NCBI GenBank assembly: GCA_022402535.1
Contig: JAKRSD010000023.1
Coordinates: 30,741 to 94,740 of the forward strand
DNA: 64,000 bases
Direction of reading: 5' to 3'
Origin: Flavobacteriales bacterium
Lineage (GTDB): Bacteria; Bacteroidota; Bacteroidia; CAIKAF01
The translations under genes were made by a program, and so were the position numbers. The notes under the pieces were generated by a model. The model saw only the letters and a list, made by a program, of their open reading frames with translations. It was not told the origin of the DNA and did no database searches. Every line of letters starts with the position of its first letter. The stretch's first letter is position 1. Positions 50,158 to 59,940 of the stretch are shown piece by piece.

Positions 50158-51179
50158 ATAAAGAAAACCCGATAGTCAGTATAGTCATTCCCTGCAGAAA
50201 TGAAGAGGCGTATATAACAAAATGCCTGGATTCCATCGTTGCCTGCAATTTTGACAAAAAACGGCTACAGGTAATTGTCTGCGACGGAATGAGTGAAGAT
50301 AAAACGCCCGAACTTATTCTAGCATACAGCCAACAATTTCCGTTTATCCATTATACAGAAAATAAGGAAAAAACCACCCCCCAAGCCTTTAATCTGGGGT
50401 TTAAACAGTTTGTGTTTGACATTGGAATCATTTTAGGCGCTCATGCCGAAATTGACAAAGATTACATCACAAATTGCCTTAAGGCGTTTGATGTAGATCC
50501 CGAAATTGGCTGTGTGGGCGGTGTTATAGAAAACGTGAACGAAAACCAAACTTCCGAAGCAATCGGTTTGGCGATGTCGTCGGTTTTTGGCGTTGGTAAT
50601 GCGCATTTTCGTACAGGAACCAAAAGTGGATTTGTAGATACTGTTGCCTTTGGTGCCTATAAAAAAGAAGTGTTTGAAACATGCGGTTATTTTGATGAAG
50701 AATTAATCAGAAACCAGGACGATGAATTTAATTTCCGGATACAGAAATTTGGGTTTAAAATTTGGCTGGAACCGACAGTAAAAAGCAAATATTACGTAAG
50801 AGCATCGTTTAAAAAGTTAAGTCGCCAGTACTTTCAATACGGATATTGGAAAGTTTACGTCAACCGAAAACACAAGGCAATTACCACACTCCGTCAGTTG
50901 GTACCTGCCGTTTGGGTATTGTACTTATTTCTGGGTTTTATTCCCGGTTTTTTCTTTACGCCACTATTCTATCTCTATGCTTCAGGGGTATTTCTGTATT
51001 TGATGCTTTCAAAATTTGCCGCCCTAAAAACGGCTAATCATTTCCGTCAGGTTCCTCAAATTCTATATGCCTTTTGGATTCTTCACTTTTCATACGGAAG
51101 AGGATACATTAAAGGCATATTTGACTTTATCGTATTGGGGAAAAAGCCAGCAAAAAAACAGGCAGAATTAACGAGGTAA
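50154..51179 (+). CDS. Glycosyltransferase family 2
   Basis: VSIVIPCRNEE N-terminus and DxD-type (CDGMSED) motifs with a C-terminal TM anchor. 4-nt overlap with the upstream gene. Confidence 0.8.
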   Translation: MNKENPIVSIVIPCRNEEAYITKCLDSIVACNFDKKRLQVIVCDGMSEDKTPELILAYSQQFPFIHYTENKEKTTPQAFNLGFKQFVFDIGIILGAHAEIDKDYITNCLKAFDVDPEIGCVGGVIENVNENQTSEAIGLAMSSVFGVGNAHFRTGTKSGFVDTVAFGAYKKEVFETCGYFDEELIRNQDDEFNFRIQKFGFKIWLEPTVKSKYYVRASFKKLSRQYFQYGYWKVYVNRKHKAITTLRQLVPAVWVLYLFLGFIPGFFFTPLFYLYASGVFLYLMLSKFAALKTANHFRQVPQILYAFWILHFSYGRGYIKGIFDFIVLGKKPAKKQAELTR

Positions 51180-51235
51180 TGCACAAAAAAAGGCTTCCGT
51201 ACATGGAAGCCTTAATCCTAATTCAATATTTGCAG

Positions 51236-51727
51236 TTATTGTCTGTTGAATGTGAGTCCTTCTTCAAACCACTCCGGTTTTTTAATAGAAACCGCCAATT
51301 GTTTTCTAAAGGTTTCTGTAGAAGTTACTGCATCCACACCGCCATCCAGCAACGCCGCAGAATATAACTTCAACTCATTGTTTCCTGACATTTTGTAGCC
51401 GTAACAATAGAATTTTTCTTCATCATCCGGTTTGATATAAATAAAACCCAACCCATCGATTTCGGTATGCCAACCTTTAAAATCATCGTCTTCTAACGAG
51501 TACATAGTTCCTTTTTCTAAAATGGTAACCTGATACGAAAAATCATCATTCCGAACCAGTTTAGCTTCCTTAAACTCCGGATCATCGTCAGAAGATACCC
51601 AGTGACCCAACAGCACAGGATTGATTTTTTCTTTTCCGGGCGTACCGGGAGGATAATCAATCCCAACAGGGCATCCGAATAATAACAGAACAACAGGCAG
51701 TGTAAATACAAATGCTAACTTTTTCAT
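51236..51727 (-). CDS. Hypothetical lipoprotein (163 aa)
   Basis: Lipobox MKKLAFVFTLPVVLLLFGC. Confidence 0.5.
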   Translation of the reverse strand: MKKLAFVFTLPVVLLLFGCPVGIDYPPGTPGKEKINPVLLGHWVSSDDDPEFKEAKLVRNDDFSYQVTILEKGTMYSLEDDDFKGWHTEIDGLGFIYIKPDDEEKFYCYGYKMSGNNELKLYSAALLDGGVDAVTSTETFRKQLAVSIKKPEWFEEGLTFNRQ

Positions 51728-51788
51728 AAGGGAAAATTTTGATGTAAATGTATGTGAGTGTTTGCTAAAAACGAATACTCCGGATGTA

Positions 51789-52556
51789 CTATTGTACTTT
51801 TTTAATCAGCGAATCCACCAATGCATTCAATCTTACACGGGCTTCCGTATCCCACCAGTGTTTCAGCGTGTCGCCAAACGATTCTTCAAAATCATTTTTA
51901 AGAGAATATAACACTTCTTTGCGCAAATTGAGTTTGGTTTTGGCAAATGTTCCCGCATCTAATTTCATCATTTGTCTTACGGCCGCTTCGGTTACTTCAA
52001 ATACTTTTTCCTGCGGATAAATTCCATCCACTAAACCGGCGTTCAACGCTTCCTGCGGATTAAGCAGTTTGCCCTGAATCAGAAATTGGTATGCATTCCG
52101 GGTTCCCACCCACATCGAATATAATTTATACACAGGCAGCGGAACTACAATGCCCACGGGCACTTCGTTCAGACCGATTTTAAAATTTCCTTCGGCCATA
52201 AAACGAAAATCTGCCGTAATGGCCAGAATGCATCCACCCGCAGGACTGTGCCCGTTAATCGCGCATGCCATCGGTTTCGGCCACGAAGCCAGATTATACA
52301 TCATATCCGCAAAGGCTTTCCAAAACACTTCAGATTCCGACTCGTTGTAGCCTACTACTTCAATTACATCCAAACCGGCCGAAAAAAAGTTATCCGTTCC
52401 GGTGATGATAGCCGCTTTTACGGTTTCGTCTTCTTTAATCCGGGTGAATAAATCCGAAAGTTCCTGAATCATTTCCACGTTGAGGGCATTAGCCGTTCCG
52501 CGGTTCAGCGTTACCACCCCGATACCGTTACGGTTTTCAAAAAGCAGGTTGTTCAT
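51789..52556 (-). CDS. Enoyl-CoA hydratase/isomerase-family protein
   Basis: Crotonase fold: AAIITGTDNFFSAGLDV and CAINGHSPAGGCILAITADFRF oxyanion-hole segments. Confidence 0.8.
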   Translation of the reverse strand: MNNLLFENRNGIGVVTLNRGTANALNVEMIQELSDLFTRIKEDETVKAAIITGTDNFFSAGLDVIEVVGYNESESEVFWKAFADMMYNLASWPKPMACAINGHSPAGGCILAITADFRFMAEGNFKIGLNEVPVGIVVPLPVYKLYSMWVGTRNAYQFLIQGKLLNPQEALNAGLVDGIYPQEKVFEVTEAAVRQMMKLDAGTFAKTKLNLRKEVLYSLKNDFEESFGDTLKHWWDTEARVRLNALVDSLIKKVQ

Positions 52557-52636
52557 GATGATGCGATTTTATTTTCGGTAAATATACATCACAAAATCAT
52601 TCGCCGGTTTACCTTTGGGGGTTGAATCTGCTCACA

Positions 52637-53305
52637 ATGCGTATAGATATTATTACTGTTCTGCCCGAATTACTTTCGCCTCTCCAACACAGCATCGTGA
52701 AACGGGCTGTGGACAAAGGAGTGGCCGAAATTCATGTGCATGACCTCAGGCAATTCGGAATAGGAAACTATAAACAGGTGGACGATTACCCCTACGGAGG
52801 CGGGGGCGGCATGGTGCTGAAACCGGAACCCCTTTCGGATTGTCTGGAAATGCTGCTGAAAGAAAGAGCATACGACGAAATCATTTATCTGACTCCAGAC
52901 GGAATAACCCTGAACCAAAAAGCCGTAAATACACTTTCGCTCAAAAACAATATCTGCCTGATTTGCGGACATTATAAAGGTATTGACCAGCGAATCCGCG
53001 ATGAATATGTAACGCTTGAAATCAGCATTGGCGATTATGTACTTTCGGGCGGAGAGCAGGCTGCAGTAATTCTTACGGATGCTATCATCCGCATTTTACC
53101 GGGTGCCATCGGCGACGAAATGAGTGCCCTCAGCGACAGTTTTCAGGATAATCTGCTGGCTCCGCCGGTGTATACCAAACCCGAAATTTGGAAAGACCGC
53201 AAAGTGCCGGAAGTACTGCTTTCGGGCAACCACAAAGCCATTGATGAGTGGCGTTTAGAACAGGCCCTGGAAATTACCCGCAACAAACGCCCCGACTTGT
53301 TATAA
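52637..53305 (+). CDS. trmD: tRNA (guanine37-N1)-methyltransferase
   Basis: MRIDIITVLPELL N-terminus, and GGGGMV and CGHYKGIDQR motifs of the SPOUT TrmD family. Confidence 0.9.
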   Translation: MRIDIITVLPELLSPLQHSIVKRAVDKGVAEIHVHDLRQFGIGNYKQVDDYPYGGGGGMVLKPEPLSDCLEMLLKERAYDEIIYLTPDGITLNQKAVNTLSLKNNICLICGHYKGIDQRIRDEYVTLEISIGDYVLSGGEQAAVILTDAIIRILPGAIGDEMSALSDSFQDNLLAPPVYTKPEIWKDRKVPEVLLSGNHKAIDEWRLEQALEITRNKRPDLL

Positions 53306-53357
53306 ACCCAAGTCGTCTCATTTGCATACTTTTATGGCTGTGGCGCAACAAGAATAG

Positions 53358-54590
53358 ATGAATAACCTACGGCACATATTACAGAAAGGATTCTACGCCG
53401 GCTTGGCGCTGATTTGTTTCCTGCTGCCTTTTCAGCCCGGCTTTTTGGCCACGGTGGAAATTATCGTGGTGGCTCTTTTTCTTTTCAGCCATTCGCCCCG
53501 TTTTATTTGGCAAAACCTGAGGAATAACCGGTTTGTCCTTCCCTATATTCTCTTTTTTATCCTTGTGGTAATCTGGTATTTTTTTTCATCAGAAACCCAA
53601 GAAGCCGGAAGACAGGTAGAAGTAAAAATGGCATTTGGAATTATTCCGATTTTGCTCGCAGGGTCAGGCATCCAAGGTAAAAAAGCCGAAAACCTGATTC
53701 GCCTTTTTGTGGTTTCAAACGGCATAGCCGCCATGATTTTGCTTTTCATGGCCGTGTTGAGATTTTATAAAACCGGAGAAAGCGCCGCTTTTTTCTACAC
53801 CGAATTTTCACACTTTATTCATGTAACCTATTTCAGCATGTATATGCTTTTCTGCATGGCATGGCTGCTGATGAAAGGCGTGGAAGAATATCAAAAATTT
53901 CCGCTTATGTTCGGCATTCCGATACTTCTTTTTGCCGTTTGTATTTTTTTGGCTTCGGCCAAAATGATGATCATTACCCTCGTATTTGCCATCGCTTTTA
54001 TGGCCATTTACATAGGCCGCCGGAAAAACACCTGGGGCCCAGCCCTTTTCCTTTTTGTCCTGGGTTTTCTTCTGCCCGTTTTGTTATACAACCTTTCCGA
54101 AAATTTTAAGCTCAGGGTAAACTATGGAATGAAGGAAATCACCGAAGGCTTCACCAAAAGATATCCGGAAACCATCGGCTCCACGGGATTACGTATGGTG
54201 GTTTGGTCGGAAACCATGCCCATTATTATGCAACGTTTACCGTTGGGAATGGGACCCGGAAATGTGCAAAACAAACTGCAGGAAATCTATATTGAAAAAG
54301 GAATGATACACGCCGAAAGCCGAAAATTCAATATGCACAACGAATACATGCAACAATTGGCGGGCAATGGAATTCCCGGACTTATTCTGTTTTTATTAAT
54401 TGTTCTCCTACCCTATTTTTTATCGGCGCAGCCCATGAAATTCGCTTCCTTCATTTTCAGTGTTACCCTGCTGATGGCTTCCCTTTCTGAAAGTATTTTT
54501 GAAAGACAGGCGGGCACCCTCTTTGCGGGACTCATCGGCGTATTGCTGATTCTTTCATACAGAAGAATTTCAAAACCGTCTAACTCTTAA
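53358..54590 (+). CDS. O-antigen polymerase/ligase-like polytopic membrane protein
   Basis: 410-aa multi-TM protein inside the glycan locus. Second Wzy/WaaL-like gene in the window. Confidence 0.5.
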   Translation: MNNLRHILQKGFYAGLALICFLLPFQPGFLATVEIIVVALFLFSHSPRFIWQNLRNNRFVLPYILFFILVVIWYFFSSETQEAGRQVEVKMAFGIIPILLAGSGIQGKKAENLIRLFVVSNGIAAMILLFMAVLRFYKTGESAAFFYTEFSHFIHVTYFSMYMLFCMAWLLMKGVEEYQKFPLMFGIPILLFAVCIFLASAKMMIITLVFAIAFMAIYIGRRKNTWGPALFLFVLGFLLPVLLYNLSENFKLRVNYGMKEITEGFTKRYPETIGSTGLRMVVWSETMPIIMQRLPLGMGPGNVQNKLQEIYIEKGMIHAESRKFNMHNEYMQQLAGNGIPGLILFLLIVLLPYFLSAQPMKFASFIFSVTLLMASLSESIFERQAGTLFAGLIGVLLILSYRRISKPSNS

Positions 54591-54635
54591 CAATTCGCGT
54601 ATTTTTGCGCCCATTAGTAAAGCAAATTCCTCTTT

Positions 54636-55865
54636 ATGAAAGTTGCATTTTCGCCACCAAGAATTGATGACCTTGTTTTAGAGGCCGTGTCAAACGCTCT
54701 TAAATCGGGATGGATAACCACCGGACCCCGCACCAAACTGTTGGAAGAAAAAGTAACGGCCTATTGCGGAAACAAAAAAAGCATCTGCTTTAACTCGGCT
54801 ACGGCAGGTATGGAACTCATTCTTCGTTTATTTGGAATCGGTCCCGGCGATGAAGTGATTGTGCCTGCTTATACATACTGCGCCACCGCCAATGTAGTGG
54901 TGCATTGCGGAGCCAAAGTGGTTTTTGTCGATATTAACGAACACGATTTTAATATTTCGGTGAACGAAATCCGGAAGGCTATCACCCCAAAAACGAAAGC
55001 AATCATTCCTGTTGATTTTGCGGGTTTTCCGTGTGATTATGATGAAATAAATGCACTGGTCAATGAACCGGAAATTCAATCGATGTTTTCTCCGGCCAAT
55101 GAAATGCAACAGAAGTTGGGAAGAATTTTGGTAATGGCCGATGCCGCCCATTCTTTCGGGGCGATGTATAAAGGAAAACATACCGGCGTTTTGTGCGATG
55201 TGAGTGTATTTTCATTTCATGCGGTAAAAAACCTCACCACGGCCGAAGGAGGTGCCGTAGCCATGAATTTCCCTGATACGTTCGACCATGAGGCGCTTTA
55301 CAAAGACCTGAATCGCATGTCGCTTCATGGACAAAGCAAAGATGCCATGGCTAAATTTTCGGGCAAAGCCTCCTGGGAATACGACGTGTTGGAAGCCGGC
55401 TATAAATGCAACATGACAGACATTCACGCAGCTATCGGACTGGTAGAAATAGAACGCTACGACAGCGAAAATCTGGCCGCCCGTAAATATATTTTTGATG
55501 TGTATTCTGCCGCATTTTCTGAATATTCCCTATTCGAAATTCCGGTGTACGAAACTGATTTAAAAACGACCTCGTATCACGTATATCCGCTTCGGATAAA
55601 AGGAATTACGGAAGCCCAGCGAAACCGGATTATTGAACTGATTTTTGAGAAAGAAGTTTCCGTGAACGTGCATTTCAAACCGGTTCCTATGATGACGGCC
55701 TACCGAAATCTGGGTTATCATGCTGAAGATTATCCGGTGGCACTGAAAAATTTCCGCTCCGAAATTTCGCTTCCCGTGTATTACGACCTGGACAATGAAA
55801 AAATCAATCTGGTGATTGATGCCGTTCTCAAAAGTGTGGAAGAAGTAATCGGCAACCTTTCGTGA
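54636..55865 (+). CDS. DegT/DnrJ/EryC1/StrS-family PLP-dependent sugar aminotransferase
   Basis: Fold-type I aminotransferase with a conserved lysine region (SFHAVKNLTTAEGG), adjacent to a PglC-like transferase. Confidence 0.85.
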   Translation: MKVAFSPPRIDDLVLEAVSNALKSGWITTGPRTKLLEEKVTAYCGNKKSICFNSATAGMELILRLFGIGPGDEVIVPAYTYCATANVVVHCGAKVVFVDINEHDFNISVNEIRKAITPKTKAIIPVDFAGFPCDYDEINALVNEPEIQSMFSPANEMQQKLGRILVMADAAHSFGAMYKGKHTGVLCDVSVFSFHAVKNLTTAEGGAVAMNFPDTFDHEALYKDLNRMSLHGQSKDAMAKFSGKASWEYDVLEAGYKCNMTDIHAAIGLVEIERYDSENLAARKYIFDVYSAAFSEYSLFEIPVYETDLKTTSYHVYPLRIKGITEAQRNRIIELIFEKEVSVNVHFKPVPMMTAYRNLGYHAEDYPVALKNFRSEISLPVYYDLDNEKINLVIDAVLKSVEEVIGNLS

Positions 55866-56452
55866 AACGCCTGTTCGACATCGTTTTTTCACTCTCGGCC
55901 ATTCTTTTTCTTTGGCCGGTGATGCTTTTCATTGCCGTTATCATTCTTACCGGTTCTCCCGGCGGAATATTTTACCGTCAAATCCGGATCGGAAAAAATT
56001 TTCGGGAGTTTAACCTGTTAAAATTCCGCACCATGCGCCCCGGAAGCGACCAAAAAGGGCTGATCACCGTGGGCGGAAAAGACAACCGCATTACCCGTGA
56101 AGGCTATTTTCTCAGAAAATACAAACTGGACGAACTGCCTCAATTTTTCAATATTCTTCTGGGTGACATGAGTTTTGTGGGCCCCAGACCGGAAGTGAAA
56201 AAATATGTGGATATGTTTCAGGAGCGGTACAAAAACATTCTACAGGTAAAACCGGGCCTCACCGATTATGCCAGCCTGGAATACATTTCTGAAAACGAAA
56301 TATTGGGCAAAAGCAGCGACCCCGAAAAAACCTATACCGAAGAAATTCTTCCCCACAAGCTGGATTTGGCCGACTTGTACGTAAAACGTCTTTCCTTTGC
56401 AGAAGACATCCGAATTATTTTTCGAACCCTACTCAAAATTATCAAAGGATGA
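55862..56452 (+). CDS. Monotopic phosphoglycosyl (bacterial sugar) transferase, PglC/WbaP-C-terminal type
   Basis: 196 aa with an N-terminal re-entrant helix, then KFRTM, DELPQ and GDMSFVGPRP motifs. Confidence 0.85.
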   Translation: MKRLFDIVFSLSAILFLWPVMLFIAVIILTGSPGGIFYRQIRIGKNFREFNLLKFRTMRPGSDQKGLITVGGKDNRITREGYFLRKYKLDELPQFFNILLGDMSFVGPRPEVKKYVDMFQERYKNILQVKPGLTDYASLEYISENEILGKSSDPEKTYTEEILPHKLDLADLYVKRLSFAEDIRIIFRTLLKIIKG

Positions 56453-57474
56453 TTTCATGCACCACAGATACCGCCGTTGTTATTCTGAGTTATAACGGAA
56501 AGCCTTACCACGAAGCGTTTCTTCCGCTTATTGTAAGCGAATCGGCAGGAAAATATGATGTGGTGCTCATCGATAATGCATCCACGGATGATACGGCCGC
56601 GTACATAAAAACAAATTTCCCTTCGGTAAAACTCATCCAGCTCCCTGTAAACTTAGGCTTTACGGGAGGATATACCGAAGGCCTCAAGCATATTGACACC
56701 CGCTATGTGGTGCTGCTCAGTGCCGATTTTGAAGTAACGCCCGGATGGTTTCAACCGCTTCATCGTCTGATGGAATCGGATGAATCCATTGCCGCATGCC
56801 AACCCAAAGTCCGTTTTCAGAAACAGCGCGAACTTTTTGAATACGCCGGAGCCGCCGGAGGATTTATAGACACATTAGGCTATCCGTTCTGCCGGGGGCG
56901 AATATTTTTCACGCTGGAAGAAGACAAAAATCAATATAACGACAACCGGGAATGTTTTTGGGCTTCGGGCGGATGCTTCTTCACCCGTAAACAACTGTTT
57001 GATGCATTTGGCGGATTTGATGCCGATTTTTTCGCCCACATGGAAGAAATTGATTTGTGTTGGCGAATGAAAAATGCCGGATATAAAATCATGGCCTGTG
57101 GCGAATCCACCGTTTTTCATGTGGGAGGCAGCGTAATCAGTTACGGCAGTCCGCAAAAAATTTTCCGCAATTACCGCAACGGGCTCATTATGCTGGTAAA
57201 AAATCTGCCTTGGGGGCAATTACTGTGGAAATTGCCGGTTCGCCTGCAACTGGATGTGATTGCCGCCTACAAAGCCCTGTTCAGCGGAAACCTGCAGGAA
57301 TTTATGGCCATTTTAAAAGCTCATCTCTCGTTTATTTTCGGAATGCCCAAATGGCTGGGAAAGCGGAAAAACATAAAACGCAGCAACCCCAATTCAACCG
57401 GCATATATCCGCGCAGTATGGTTTGGGATTATTTTGCCAAAGGAAAAAAGAAATTTTCGGAGCTGGAGTTTTGA
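56449..57474 (+). CDS. Glycosyltransferase family 2
   Basis: VVILSYNG...DNASTDDT N-terminal GT-A motifs and a DxD-type region. 4-nt overlap with the previous gene. Confidence 0.8.
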   Translation: MISCTTDTAVVILSYNGKPYHEAFLPLIVSESAGKYDVVLIDNASTDDTAAYIKTNFPSVKLIQLPVNLGFTGGYTEGLKHIDTRYVVLLSADFEVTPGWFQPLHRLMESDESIAACQPKVRFQKQRELFEYAGAAGGFIDTLGYPFCRGRIFFTLEEDKNQYNDNRECFWASGGCFFTRKQLFDAFGGFDADFFAHMEEIDLCWRMKNAGYKIMACGESTVFHVGGSVISYGSPQKIFRNYRNGLIMLVKNLPWGQLLWKLPVRLQLDVIAAYKALFSGNLQEFMAILKAHLSFIFGMPKWLGKRKNIKRSNPNSTGIYPRSMVWDYFAKGKKKFSELEF

Positions 57475-57544
57475 GATTATTGCCTATTTGCAAAACATGT
57501 GATTCTCATTTTTCAACCTGAATGGGATTTTGTACTTTTGAAAC

Positions 57545-57727
57545 ATGCTCAGCAAAAAACAAATCATAAAATCGATTGATACCCTACCGGAAAATGTTTC
57601 GATAGATCAAATTGTGGATCACTTGATTTATATCGAAAAAATAGAAAAAGGCCTTTCTGACTCGAAAGAAGGCAAAATAAACACCGTAGAAGAGGCAAAA
57701 GTCAAGTTGAAAAAATGGTTAAAATAA
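57545..57727 (+). CDS. Putative antitoxin of type II TA pair (60 aa)
   Basis: Small ORF overlapping the downstream RelE/ParE toxin by 13 nt. Short helical protein typical of addiction-module antitoxin components. Confidence 0.5.
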   Translation: MLSKKQIIKSIDTLPENVSIDQIVDHLIYIEKIEKGLSDSKEGKINTVEEAKVKLKKWLK

Positions 57728-58017
57728 TTTGGACCGACAATGCCATTTTTGACTTGGATGAAATAGGTAATTATATTGCTTTACACTCGGTAAAATATGC
57801 TGAAAAAACGGTTGATTATCTATTTAACTCCGTGTCCATTTTAAGCAGTTATCCGCAAGCTGGAAAAGTGGTAACCGACTTCAATTCCAATGCAATTCGA
57901 GAAATTGTAAGAGGTAACTACAGAATCGTTTATAAAATCATTTCAAAACAGCGTATAGATATTTTAGCTGTTCATCATGGAGCAAGATTCATGGATGATG
58001 AAAGGATTGAAGAATAA
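57715..58017 (+). CDS. RelE/ParE-family type II toxin
   Basis: 100 aa with IWTDNAIFDLDEI...REIVRGNYRIVYKI...IDILAVHH, characteristic of RelE/ParE toxins. Confidence 0.8.
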   Translation: MVKIIWTDNAIFDLDEIGNYIALHSVKYAEKTVDYLFNSVSILSSYPQAGKVVTDFNSNAIREIVRGNYRIVYKIISKQRIDILAVHHGARFMDDERIEE

Positions 58018-58067
58018 CATGACACCTCAATTATGGTACATTTTTTCTGAGCACTACCAAACGTTCC

Positions 58068-59486
58068 TTACGATTTATACTTCCTTCGCATGTAGAAATA
58101 AACGGGCACACCCGATAAAATCAGCAGCGTTCCAATTCCCGCTTCGCGGGGTTTTTCCATAACTGATACAATAACCAAAGCCGCACAGAAAACCACAAAC
58201 AAAGCAGGCACAAAAGGATATCCGAATACCTTATACGGTCTTGGCGTTTCTTTCATTTTTCGGCGAAGCACAAATACACCGAATGCCCCGGCACCATAAA
58301 ATATGAAAGCCGCAAAAATGAGCATGTCGGTCAATTGGTCAAAATTCCCCGACAATACCAGTACCGAACCCCATATTCCCTGTATCAGCAGTGCATTGGA
58401 AGGCGTACGGAATGTGGGATGAATTTTGGCAGCCCCCTTAAAAAATAATCCGTCATTCGCCATTCCGTAGTATATACGCGGTGCACCCATAATGGTCGTA
58501 TTTGTACTGTTGAATGTAGACATCATAATCAGAATGAGAATAAAAAAAGCGCCACCCGCACCCAAAAAAGAACGTACCACTTCAACGGCGGCTATCTGAT
58601 TTTCGGCATTATGAATGGCCACAAACTGTTCTGCCGGCAACACATACAGGTATGCAAAGTTGATGAGCATGTACACCACAATCACAAACAAAGTTCCGAA
58701 GGTTAATGCCCGGGGGATATTTTTGTACGGATTTTTAATCTCACCTCCCATAAAACCGATGGTGTTCCAGCCTTCATAAGACCAAAAAGCAGCCATCATG
58801 GCGGCAAAAAAGGCACCCATAAAACCCAGACCCGATGATTTTTCAACGGGTACAACGGCTGCCTGGGAAAGATTTGAAATATCCCCTCCGCCCATGGAAA
58901 GGCAAAGTAATATGATAGCAAAAATGCAGATGATCACAGAAGAGGCCAAAACCTGCAACACCAAACCGCCCCATTTTACCCCCACATAGTTAATGGTGGT
59001 AAGGGTCAGCAGCAGGCCGATGGTTACGGTTTTCACCCCCAGGTTGGCAAACGGGGTAAACAAAAACGGATCTGAACCATAGCTGATGGCTTCCCATTCG
59101 GGTCCCAAGCGGGGTAATTCCACCAACGCATTTAGCGATTCGGCAAAAACATACGCCACAGAAGCGCCTGTGGCAGTCTGCACCACACTCATCATGCTCC
59201 ACCCGTACAAAAAGCTGAAAAACTTCCCGTACATCTTTTTGAAATAAGCATATTGCCCTCCCGGTTCGGCAATCAATCCGGCCACCTCCGCATTGGTTAA
59301 AGCCCCCAAAAGACTAATGATGCCCGCAGTTAACAGAGCGGCGAGCACTAACCAGGGCGAACCTAACTCGGCGGTCATGGGGGCTACTTTTTTAAATACG
59401 CCCGAACCGATCATGGAACCGGCTACAAGTAAAAATGCTGTGTAAAGACCAAACGATTTAATTAAACCATTTTGATTGTCGTTCAT
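58068..59486 (-). CDS. APC-superfamily amino-acid permease
   Basis: 12-TM transporter with an N-terminal GSGVF motif typical of the amino acid/polyamine/organocation family. Confidence 0.85.
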   Translation of the reverse strand: MNDNQNGLIKSFGLYTAFLLVAGSMIGSGVFKKVAPMTAELGSPWLVLAALLTAGIISLLGALTNAEVAGLIAEPGGQYAYFKKMYGKFFSFLYGWSMMSVVQTATGASVAYVFAESLNALVELPRLGPEWEAISYGSDPFLFTPFANLGVKTVTIGLLLTLTTINYVGVKWGGLVLQVLASSVIICIFAIILLCLSMGGGDISNLSQAAVVPVEKSSGLGFMGAFFAAMMAAFWSYEGWNTIGFMGGEIKNPYKNIPRALTFGTLFVIVVYMLINFAYLYVLPAEQFVAIHNAENQIAAVEVVRSFLGAGGAFFILILIMMSTFNSTNTTIMGAPRIYYGMANDGLFFKGAAKIHPTFRTPSNALLIQGIWGSVLVLSGNFDQLTDMLIFAAFIFYGAGAFGVFVLRRKMKETPRPYKVFGYPFVPALFVVFCAALVIVSVMEKPREAGIGTLLILSGVPVYFYMRRKYKS

Positions 59487-59580
59487 CAGGTATTGGATTT
59501 AGCACAATGATAAGAAGAGTTTCTAAGATTATTCCTTGATGCCAAACCGAAATATAAATAATGTGATTGTTTAAAAACTA

Positions 59581-59683
59581 AACCCGGTATGATATCCGGT
59601 TTACCAAATTCGCGCTCTTTTGGGGGAGTTGGGGGCTGCGAATGTTATTTCGATGCGGCAAACCGGATATACATATTCGGGTT
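59581..59683. other. About 100-bp near-perfect palindrome with central G5 runs in the permease/AraC intergenic region
   Basis: AACCCGGTATGATATCCGGTTTACC...GGCAAACCGGATATACATATTCGGGTT, with central TTCGCGCTCTTTTGGGGGAGTTGGGGGCTGCGAAT. Confidence 0.6.
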
Positions 59684-59940
59684 AACCTAGGTCGGGGAAA
59701 GGGTAATTATAATAATGACCGATAGGTATGAGATAAGGTAAAGAACTAAACCAAAAAGAGAACAGGGCTGCTTACTTTCTGATACAATGCAAGTTTACCT
59801 CAATTCGTTCAACTCAAACAAATATTTCTGGTTTCCATAACGCAACTTTTATAAAAGTTGACCGATAACCAACTGATTAATATATAATTAAAAATATTTC
59901 ATGGGAAATGAAACATAATGGATTTTACCTAAAACCTTCA

